From Candidatus Saccharimonadota bacterium (GTDB taxonomy: Bacteria; Patescibacteriota; Saccharimonadia; Saccharimonadales; VXPC01): DNA of 64,000 bases. The notes under the pieces were generated by a model, which was not told the origin of the DNA, did not search any database, and saw only the letters and a program-made list of their open reading frames with translations. Of this stretch, positions 56,525 to 64,000 are shown in pieces (position 1 is the stretch's first letter; each line of letters starts with the position of its first letter). A program made the translations under genes and the position numbers. The stretch spans positions 70,752 to 134,751 of the forward strand of contig JAPOWB010000009.1 of NCBI GenBank assembly GCA_026707815.1, given 5' to 3'.

Positions 56525-57106
56525 ATGGATAAGAAAAATAATAACCTTAAAATTATACTTCTAATCGTTGCATTTGTGATAATTACGATTTTGGGTATAT
56601 TTATAATTACAAATAATTCCGATGACAATGGAGAAAATGCTGATGATAATAGTTCTGTGAATAATAGTCAACAGAATCTTCCAGCACAGGTAACTGAAAA
56701 TGACGTACCAGAGGCTGAAACAGAAGATTCAACAGAGGAAATAGAAACAGAGACCAATACAGATCAAAATAATCAGGTAAATAATCTTTTATCTGAAGCT
56801 GAGAATATTCAAACATTGCACGATGAAATCCTAGTTGAACTGGACACACAACTAGAAAAAAGCTGTGAAGAACTACAGATATTAGGTAGCACTGCAGATA
56901 ATACAGAACTTCAAGCTAAAATTGATGATTTAAGTGTACGCATAGAGCAATGGGGGTCAAATACAGAAGCTCTCATTAAATCTGGAGTACAATCTGATGC
57001 TTTGATTGAGAAATACGATAATAATCCTGTGAACTTCGAAGCTCTTGGTCCAAAACTATTGACCTTACTCGAAAAGTGTATAGAGTCTGAAATTCCAGCT
57101 TCTTAA
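56525..57106 (+). CDS. Membrane-anchored acidic protein, hypothetical
   Basis: N-terminal TM helix, then a D/E/N/T-rich low-complexity region and a helical C-terminus. Confidence 0.45.
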   Translation: MDKKNNNLKIILLIVAFVIITILGIFIITNNSDDNGENADDNSSVNNSQQNLPAQVTENDVPEAETEDSTEEIETETNTDQNNQVNNLLSEAENIQTLHDEILVELDTQLEKSCEELQILGSTADNTELQAKIDDLSVRIEQWGSNTEALIKSGVQSDALIEKYDNNPVNFEALGPKLLTLLEKCIESEIPAS

Positions 57107-57250
57107 ATAAGAAACTTCCCATAGACATTCTGTCTTAGGGGATAGAAAGACAGAATGTCGCACAATGTATATTTTACGACATTACCTTTAGATATTAGAG
57201 ATGGAATGGAATATGTCTCAAATTAGGCTTTAGCTAGTTATTTAGCTAAA

Positions 57251-57523
57251 TTAATTACCGCCTTCATTTACTTCCGGATTTATAATTGGATTTAAATTCT
57301 GGCACTGACCATCTTCTAGATTAATTTTCTGTCTAGCTAAATCGCATTCCAGTGGATTCAATTCTATTTTGTCAGATTCACTTAAATCAACCCAATTTTC
57401 TGGCAAAACTGGCTTTTCCTCAACAACGAAAAAGAAAGTTAAAACAGCCAATAAAATTAGAAAAAAGCTTATTACAAGTAAAAGAGGTTTACCAAGTTCT
57501 TTGGGAGCATCTATGGAGGGCAT
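57251..57523 (-). CDS. Small membrane-anchored protein, hypothetical
   Basis: One TM helix (LLLVISFFLILLAVLTFFFVV). No family recognised. Confidence 0.4.
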   Translation of the reverse strand: MPSIDAPKELGKPLLLVISFFLILLAVLTFFFVVEEKPVLPENWVDLSESDKIELNPLECDLARQKINLEDGQCQNLNPIINPEVNEGGN

Positions 57524-57608
57524 ATATTGAAAAATGTAATTTAAATTAGGGAAAAATTCTCAATTCCCCTATCACTATTTAGAATATCAAAATTTATAAC
57601 TTTAAGCA

Positions 57609-59687
57609 CTATTTATATATAACTCTATCTATTAAACGAATATCTAAATACTGGGTTGGAATTTCAAGAATTTGATCCTCCACCTCTGTGATCTCGGCTG
57701 TTTCTACTTCTGATTCTTCCAGTCTTTCTGATACTTTAATAGATTGATTAAAACGATCTAAAATAACACTTAAGGCAATACCCTGTTCAATTGGATCAGC
57801 AGTTGTCAGAGCTAAAATATCAAAATCCCAATCTTTCAATCTCAAAATAATCTCTCGAGGATTGGTCGAAATAGTCACCTGAGTCAATTTATATCCTTGA
57901 CTAGCTAAATAAGCATTGATTTGTTTGAGAAAATCTAAATCTAGACTAGATAAAACCAGTTCTTGGTTAGTTTTAATGGTGTATGGACTAATAATTGTTA
58001 GATGCCTAGAAGAAGCTTGATTATACAAATTTTCATAGCCAGCAATTGAATAACCATCGTTAGTGATTATGGTCTCAGAATTGGGGGCGGAAAAATAACC
58101 TAAAATCTGTTTGGGCTGGAGAGTGATAAGCATCTCTGAAGAAACTAAATCTCGCCTGATTTGCAAAGATTTTAAATAAGGCTTATTAAGAAACTTGGTT
58201 TGAATTTGGGCAACATCAACAGTTAAATGACGCCCAAAGAAATTTTCTTCTGTTTGCAGATACTTATTAATATCTTTTTCGATAGCTTGAATTTCATCGA
58301 CACTTACTAGGGGAGAATTTTCAGATAATTTTAATCTGATCTGACTAACATAGAAAATTTTAAATAAGAATCCCATAATTAGAAGAATGAGAATCCAATA
58401 TTTAAAGACGTCCTTTAGAGCTTGATTGGAAACTTGATCAGAATATTTATAGCGCTGCTTCAGAATCTGTTGCAACTGATGCTTGCTGGCATTTGCCTGC
58501 TGAATATCCTCAGTTACTATCACTTCTTCAATGGCTTGGACTGTTTTCTCAACAGCTTGAGCATTAGCTAATTTCGCTATATTCTGACGATATAATTGTC
58601 GCTTTTGAGGATTATTGATTAAATCTTGTAAAGCTTCCTGTAAAGCTTTTTGATTGACTTTTTGTCCAGTGGCATCACTGACCAACCAAGCAGCTTTAGC
58701 TTGCTGGAAAATGCGAGCATTATGTAACTGATGACCTTGAGGCAAAATTGGATTTGGAACAATGATAGTTGGCTTTTTTGCTAAGCTGATTTCACTCAGA
58801 ATAGTGGCCCCAGCTCGAGTGATAATCCCTAAGCTAGCTCTGACGACATCTGGCATATCAGTGATGAAATCTAAAACTCGTATCTGAGACTTAGATTTTA
58901 AGCCTTGAGCATAATCAACAGCTTCCTGATGATATTTACGACCACTAACAATAATGAAGTGAATGTGTTTGGGAATTTTGAATCGTTTTAAGAGCTCCAA
59001 AACCCCTAAATTTAAACTTCTCGCTCCCCCACCCCCTCCAGTAACTAAAATTATTTGAGCTTCGGAAGGTAAATTATATCGCTTTAAAATCTTCAGTTTT
59101 TGACCTGGAGGTAAAGTGTGACCAAAAACTGGATTAACCGGTACACCAACTAAACGATATTTATTAGATTGCTGGTCAGCCCCCTTAAAACCCCTCAAAC
59201 ACAATCGAGCATAGTCTTCAACAAAACTATGAGCAATACCGGTAACGGCATCTGAATCATGGATAATTAGAGGAATCTTTAAGAATTTAGCCAACCAACA
59301 AGGACTTACAGAAACATAACCGCCTTTACTGAAGATTAGTTGAGGTTTTAATCTCCTTAAATAGATAAAAGTCTGAATAAATCCAATAATGAATAGGCAT
59401 AAATTATATAAATTCTGCCAAAATATCTTTTGCCAAAAATAAAATAGCTGTCTTTTTTTTACCGAACCAAAGCGATGCCATTTTCCAGCATGAATAAAAT
59501 ATCTGCCACTGAAGAGCTGGGTATCCCTAGTTAAAGATTGCCCTATTTTATCACCTCTAGCCCCTAAATAACTGATTCGCCAGTTGGGATGATTGGCTTT
59601 TAGTTGTTTAACTACGGCGATTAGGGGTGTGACGTGACCGCCGGTGCCACCACCGGTAATCATGATTCTGATAATTTTCCGTTTCAT
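57609..59687 (-). CDS. murG: MurG glycosyltransferase fused to a TM segment and an FtsQ/DivIB-like C-terminal region
   Basis: N-terminal ITGGGTGGHVTP and TGGGGGARSLN (MurG). A TM helix follows at about residue 425 (YWILILLIMGFLFKIFYV), then about 250 aa at the position and size of an FtsQ POTRA/beta domain. Confidence 0.75.
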   Translation of the reverse strand: MKRKIIRIMITGGGTGGHVTPLIAVVKQLKANHPNWRISYLGARGDKIGQSLTRDTQLFSGRYFIHAGKWHRFGSVKKRQLFYFWQKIFWQNLYNLCLFIIGFIQTFIYLRRLKPQLIFSKGGYVSVSPCWLAKFLKIPLIIHDSDAVTGIAHSFVEDYARLCLRGFKGADQQSNKYRLVGVPVNPVFGHTLPPGQKLKILKRYNLPSEAQIILVTGGGGGARSLNLGVLELLKRFKIPKHIHFIIVSGRKYHQEAVDYAQGLKSKSQIRVLDFITDMPDVVRASLGIITRAGATILSEISLAKKPTIIVPNPILPQGHQLHNARIFQQAKAAWLVSDATGQKVNQKALQEALQDLINNPQKRQLYRQNIAKLANAQAVEKTVQAIEEVIVTEDIQQANASKHQLQQILKQRYKYSDQVSNQALKDVFKYWILILLIMGFLFKIFYVSQIRLKLSENSPLVSVDEIQAIEKDINKYLQTEENFFGRHLTVDVAQIQTKFLNKPYLKSLQIRRDLVSSEMLITLQPKQILGYFSAPNSETIITNDGYSIAGYENLYNQASSRHLTIISPYTIKTNQELVLSSLDLDFLKQINAYLASQGYKLTQVTISTNPREIILRLKDWDFDILALTTADPIEQGIALSVILDRFNQSIKVSERLEESEVETAEITEVEDQILEIPTQYLDIRLIDRVIYK

Positions 59688-60867
59688 CTTTCTTTATAGT
59701 ATATGCTGATATTTGCAAGAAAATACCCAAGATAAACAAAATTGCTATTAGACTACTGCCTCCAGCACTGATTAGTGGCAGAGTTATGCCCGTTAAGGGA
59801 ATGGCTCCAATATTCCCACCTATATTAATAAAGGCTTGAAAACCCAGCCAAATCAATAAACCAGCCGCAATTAATTTAAATCTATCCTCTAATCTTAAAC
59901 CAATGCGATAAATTAAAAACAATAAAAGAGATAAAAATCCAATTAAGACCATTGAACCAATGAAACCGAAAACTTCCGCCCAAGTCACAAAAATAGTATC
60001 ATTCTTGGCTTCAGGTAACCAACCATAAATTAAAACACTATCATTAAAACCTCTACCAATTAAGCCACCCGAACCAACCCCCCTTTGAGCTTGGCAAACC
60101 TGATAACCTAGATCTTGACAATCACTGGCTCGATTCCAGAAAGTTGTCAAACGATCTCCACGATAAGAGGTCTGAACAATAGATAGAAAACCAAGCAGCA
60201 AACCAATAACGATTAAACTCCACCAAACCCTTTTAGGGATATTGGTAATAAATAGCATGCCTAAGAATATACAGCCTATAACTGCTAATGAACCTAGATC
60301 TTTCTGAAGAATGAGAACTATAATGCTGATTAAACTGATTAAAATGAAGCTCCAGCGATGATTGAGGAGAGTTTGATAGAAAAGCCTGTGAAATGGTAGT
60401 TGAGATTCTTTCTGTTTAACCTGAGATTGAGCTTGATAGATATAACCAGCCGTTAGCAAAATAAAACCAACCTTTAAAAATTCTACAGGCTGAACAGATA
60501 ATAATCCCAAATTTAACCACCTCAAATCAGCCGAAGTGCCAATCACTACAGCTGCTAGACTAAGGATTAAAGCTATAATCACAGCTGCTAAGCTAAATTT
60601 CAGCAAAAGCTGAAGCTTAATCTTAAAACCTAACCAAAAAACTCCCAAGCCAACGATTACCCATAGAAGATGTCGCCAAAAGTATGCCTGATTACTGTCC
60701 AATAAAGAAGCTCCCTGCAAGGCTGGCTCTAGCCGAAACTGCATGAATACACCAAATCCGAGCAAGATGATAATTGGAAATAATAATCTGTATTTTGGCT
60801 TGCCGAGACCAAATTCTGGGGATTTAAAATTCTGCCAAGGATTGAATTTCGCTATTTTTGAAATCAT
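59608..60867 (-). CDS. ftsW: SEDS-family peptidoglycan polymerase FtsW/RodA
   Basis: Ten hydrophobic helices, conserved SEDS loop regions, and dcw-cluster context. The 3' end overlaps murG by 80 nt. Confidence 0.8.
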   Translation of the reverse strand: MISKIAKFNPWQNFKSPEFGLGKPKYRLLFPIIILLGFGVFMQFRLEPALQGASLLDSNQAYFWRHLLWVIVGLGVFWLGFKIKLQLLLKFSLAAVIIALILSLAAVVIGTSADLRWLNLGLLSVQPVEFLKVGFILLTAGYIYQAQSQVKQKESQLPFHRLFYQTLLNHRWSFILISLISIIVLILQKDLGSLAVIGCIFLGMLFITNIPKRVWWSLIVIGLLLGFLSIVQTSYRGDRLTTFWNRASDCQDLGYQVCQAQRGVGSGGLIGRGFNDSVLIYGWLPEAKNDTIFVTWAEVFGFIGSMVLIGFLSLLLFLIYRIGLRLEDRFKLIAAGLLIWLGFQAFINIGGNIGAIPLTGITLPLISAGGSSLIAILFILGIFLQISAYTIKKDETENYQNHDYRWWHRRSRHTPNRRS

Positions 60868-62012
60868 TGCAAGAAACTATTAGGGTAACCAAGCAAATAA
60901 ATCACTAAACCAGCCATCACAGCAATATGAGAGATTACCCAGTATCGCATAACTACATTCTGATCAGAATGACCTCGAGCTCTAAAATAATTATGCAATG
61001 GAGCAACTACAAAGAGCTTTCGTTTAAAATATTTTTTCCAAATGACCTGTAAAATAGCTGATAAAGAGGTTAATACTAAAGGTAGGGCTATAATCGGTAG
61101 TAATAAGACTGTATCTGTAAGAAAAGCCACTATGCTTAAAGTAATAGTTAAAGCCATGACTCCAATTTCTGACATATAGAATTTGGCTGGAGGAATGTTA
61201 TGCCACAAAAAAGCGGCAATTGCTCCAACTAAAACTAAGCAAAAAGTTGCCAATTCTAAATTCCCCTGCAGAATAGAAATAATGGCATAAACCGTAAAAA
61301 TGCTAGCAAAAACTCCACCTGATAAACCATCAACTCCATCAATGATGCCTCCAGAATAAGTGGCGATAACAACGAATATAATAATTGGAATAATCCAAAT
61401 ACCAACTTCCCAAGATGAACCAAATGGAATAAAGAGTGAGGTATTTTCTAATTTGAAATAAAACCACCAACCACAGACACAACCAATCAAAATAGCAATC
61501 AATAACCTAATCTTTAAAGAAAGTCCCCCGCCAATATAACGCTTTAATCGATTAGGCAAGAATTTTAAATTATCAGTAATAGCTAAATCATCAAGCATAC
61601 CAATTAGACCGCCACTAACTAAGGAAAAAATTACTAACCAAGTCTGTTGACGACTGATGAAATTTAATTGCTGGACAAATTCATGATCACTCAGTAGACT
61701 CAAAAATCCAAAAAATAAAATTGCCAAACTGACAGCTATAACAATAACCAAGCCCCCCATACGAGGAACTGGACGCTTATCATCTTGATTTAATTTTTTG
61801 GTAATCGAGGCCTCTTGACCTCCCCAAGCTTTCAAAATTGTCTGCTTACGCCAAATCTGTTTTTTGGTTAAAAAATTGATAATGGTGGGAGCAATCAAAA
61901 GTCCCAACAAAAAAGCAAAAATAGTTGGTATTAATATACTAGCCAAATCGCTTCGTGTGACTTCAGTTAAATTGGTTATTTGCGTATTGGTGTCAGCTAA
62001 TAAGTGAATCAT
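60864..62012 (-). CDS. mraY: Phospho-N-acetylmuramoyl-pentapeptide transferase
   Basis: Polytopic. MLDDLA, NIPPAKFYMSEIG and APLHNYF motifs correspond to conserved MraY loops. ATGA overlap with ftsW. Confidence 0.85.
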   Translation of the reverse strand: MIHLLADTNTQITNLTEVTRSDLASILIPTIFAFLLGLLIAPTIINFLTKKQIWRKQTILKAWGGQEASITKKLNQDDKRPVPRMGGLVIVIAVSLAILFFGFLSLLSDHEFVQQLNFISRQQTWLVIFSLVSGGLIGMLDDLAITDNLKFLPNRLKRYIGGGLSLKIRLLIAILIGCVCGWWFYFKLENTSLFIPFGSSWEVGIWIIPIIIFVVIATYSGGIIDGVDGLSGGVFASIFTVYAIISILQGNLELATFCLVLVGAIAAFLWHNIPPAKFYMSEIGVMALTITLSIVAFLTDTVLLLPIIALPLVLTSLSAILQVIWKKYFKRKLFVVAPLHNYFRARGHSDQNVVMRYWVISHIAVMAGLVIYLLGYPNSFLQ

Positions 62013-62069
62013 CTAGATTAGATTTATGACATTTATGGTTCTCATCATATCACTTTCTATAATTTTAAT

Positions 62070-63809
62070 TTAATGTGTTCTACCCAAAGAAACAAGTTGC
62101 TGAACAATATTTTCCCAAATTGGTTGAGCTCCCTGAGATCCGGCATAAACAACTTGAGGTTGATCAACAATAACCAAAATAATCAAAGTTTTGGTCGAAC
62201 TTTTGACATAGCCCAGCATTAAACCCCGAGCAACATCATCTAGATATCCGCCATTTTCAAAATCAATTATTTGAGCAGTTCCCGTTTTGGCGCTAACCTC
62301 TAAGCCTTCATATTGAACTGTCGGTAAAAGCCGTTTACCCATAGTCTCCATTAAAAATCTTAAGTCAGCAATAGTTTGATCAGCTAAAATATTGGAAGCT
62401 AAGAGTTTAGGTTCTCTAATTTGATCACCAACCTGAGCTGCGATATAAGGCTGATAATAATTACCACCATTAAAAATAGCTCCGTAAACGGCAGCTAACT
62501 GAATCGGACTAACGGCCACGCTTTGACCAAAGGTCATAGTAGCATACAAGTGGTTGGGGAGATATGGAATATCTGGAGAATTAATTTGCCCAACTATCTC
62601 ATTAGGTAAATCTATGCCAGTTTTTTTATCCAGTCTGAAAACTTTGGTGTAATAATCATATAAGACTTGTCTATCATCGACATCTATAGTGTCATTGGAA
62701 CCATGTTTGTCTAATCTTTTCAACATTTCAATAGTCCCCGTATTTAAAGACTTGATTAAAATTTCGGTAACTGGTCTAACAGCTGCCCCTCGAGAAACAA
62801 AATTAGGAATCACTCGACCATCAATGACTTGGACATTAGGATCATAAAAACTTTCATCAATCTCAACTACTCCCTCATTTAAAGCAGAGGCCATGACTAA
62901 AACTTTCATAACCGAAGCCGGTTCTAAAATATTCTCGACAGCTGGGTTAACATAATCCCCTATTTGAGCTTGAGTAAAGTTAGCCGGCGAGAATTCCGGT
63001 TGGCTTGCCATCGCTAAAACTGCTCCATCATTAGCATCAAGAACAATTGCTGTGCCACCTAGAGCATCTGTTTCCTCTATACCAGCTAACAATTGAGTTT
63101 CTACAATCCGTTGCAGAGATACATCTAGGGTTAAAACTACATCCTGTCCATCTTGGGGCTGAACTTCGATATTATCGCTAGTGAATAATAGAGGAACATC
63201 ATGAACATCAGTAGTCCTTCTATACCAACCAGGTTGACCGGTTAATTGCTTATCATAATATTGCTCAATACCATATTGACTATTTGAATCATAGTTTAAA
63301 AAACCCAAAACATGGCTAGCTAAATCACCTTCCAAATATTGTCGAATGTCATTTTCTTGCCAATGAATTCCTTCATAATGAAGTCGCCTGATAATTTCGT
63401 TTTTACGCCCATCTGTTACTCGTTTAGCTAAAACAATATAGCGTTTATCCCTAGAAGCTAAATCCAATTTTTGCTGAGCAGTTAGTGGAATTCCTAAATC
63501 CTCGAGAGCTTCAGCTAAAGCCACTGGATAATCAATAAATTTGCCATCGGCAAACATCGTCCAGCGACGTTCGTTAATAACTAAGGGAACTTTTTGACCA
63601 TTATTGAAGGCATAAATCTTACCTCTTTCGGCTTCTATCTCTAGGGATTTAATTTGAGTGGCTCTAGCTTCAGCTAACCACTTCTCATGATCAACGATTT
63701 GGAGAAAAAATAAAAAAACAGCCAGTATTAAAAATCCCCCAGCTAGACCACCTATAATCCATGATAAACCTTTTTCTGAACAAATAATAACCTGTCTTGA
63801 TCTAGTCAT
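62070..63809 (-). CDS. ftsI: Class B penicillin-binding protein (FtsI/PBP2-type transpeptidase)
   Basis: N-terminal TM anchor, with SVMK (SxxK), SLN (SxN) and KTGTA motifs. Confidence 0.85.
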   Translation of the reverse strand: MTRSRQVIICSEKGLSWIIGGLAGGFLILAVFLFFLQIVDHEKWLAEARATQIKSLEIEAERGKIYAFNNGQKVPLVINERRWTMFADGKFIDYPVALAEALEDLGIPLTAQQKLDLASRDKRYIVLAKRVTDGRKNEIIRRLHYEGIHWQENDIRQYLEGDLASHVLGFLNYDSNSQYGIEQYYDKQLTGQPGWYRRTTDVHDVPLLFTSDNIEVQPQDGQDVVLTLDVSLQRIVETQLLAGIEETDALGGTAIVLDANDGAVLAMASQPEFSPANFTQAQIGDYVNPAVENILEPASVMKVLVMASALNEGVVEIDESFYDPNVQVIDGRVIPNFVSRGAAVRPVTEILIKSLNTGTIEMLKRLDKHGSNDTIDVDDRQVLYDYYTKVFRLDKKTGIDLPNEIVGQINSPDIPYLPNHLYATMTFGQSVAVSPIQLAAVYGAIFNGGNYYQPYIAAQVGDQIREPKLLASNILADQTIADLRFLMETMGKRLLPTVQYEGLEVSAKTGTAQIIDFENGGYLDDVARGLMLGYVKSSTKTLIILVIVDQPQVVYAGSQGAQPIWENIVQQLVSLGRTH

Positions 63810-63925
63810 TTTTATTAATTAATACACCTTCCTTAGTGTATCTGAAATTTCGAGAAAAATATAATAAAAAAGCAGATTTAAAAATCTGAGGCAACTTACA
63901 TTACATTGGATTTTAAGGATAAAGT

Positions 63926-64000
63926 ATGACTAAAAAGAAAGAGCCTTTAAAACTAGTCAGCCAAGGTGATGGTAAGCCTTTTATAGATATTGAGATTGAT
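63926..64000 (+). CDS. Hypothetical protein, 3'-partial at the window edge
   Basis: ATG is preceded by AAGGA. Translation is MTKKKEPLKLVSQGDGKPFIDIEID..., too short to assign. Confidence 0.3.
   Translation, partial: MTKKKEPLKLVSQGDGKPFIDIEID

Overview
The window is an AT-rich bacterial chromosome segment that reads cleanly with the standard genetic code. Its content suggests a small-genome CPR/Patescibacteria-like organism, but that is inference only: short intergenic gaps, many lineage-specific membrane-anchored hypotheticals, a MurG-FtsQ-like fusion, a sigma-region-4/HARE-HTH protein, and a sortase with a long cytoplasmic N-terminus.

Housekeeping genes fill 1-8.3 kb, 16.4-32.5 kb and 50-64 kb:
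- 1-8.3 kb: ybaB, nrnA-like, cysS.
- 16.4-32.5 kb: smpB, xth, gltX, a two-component pair, der, pth.
- 50-64 kb: topA and a dcw block (ftsI-mraY-ftsW-murG).

Two tRNA-linked accessory regions interrupt this backbone.

(1) Downstream of tRNA-Gln (8.6-16.4 kb) lies a type IC-like Type I R-M operon, hsdM-orf163-hsdS-hsdR.
- It carries the only two G9 homopolymers in the window. One has frameshifted hsdM. The other sits at the hinge between the two halves of hsdS.
- hsdS also carries a 3x12-bp repeat in its spacer-determining helix.
- The embedded 163-aa ORF has an Rx4H (HEPN-like) motif.

(2) Downstream of tRNA-Glu (32.5 to about 49.9 kb) lies a mosaic defence and decay island:
- A visibly more G+C-rich cassette encoding a LexA-like protein, a Dam-like methylase and a putative endonuclease. 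It is bounded by 124-bp inverted repeats whose embedded 33-nt hairpin is kept in direct rather than inverted orientation. I rank this the most unusual structure in the window.
- A Gabija-like OLD-ATPase/UvrD-helicase pair.
- A foreign M1-peptidase fragment.
- Frameshifted NYN and MBL genes and a truncated methylase, next to an orphan controller-like HTH with palindromic operators.
- A DUF3800 gene with an IS4-like element, with an intact 9-bp target duplication, inserted just upstream.
- A putative thymidine-hypermodification (aGPT-Pplase-like) gene next to a PLP decarboxylase.
- A 600-bp structured non-coding gap.
- A tyrosine-recombinase remnant.

All family assignments come from motifs read in the translations. 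No database search or folding computation was possible.
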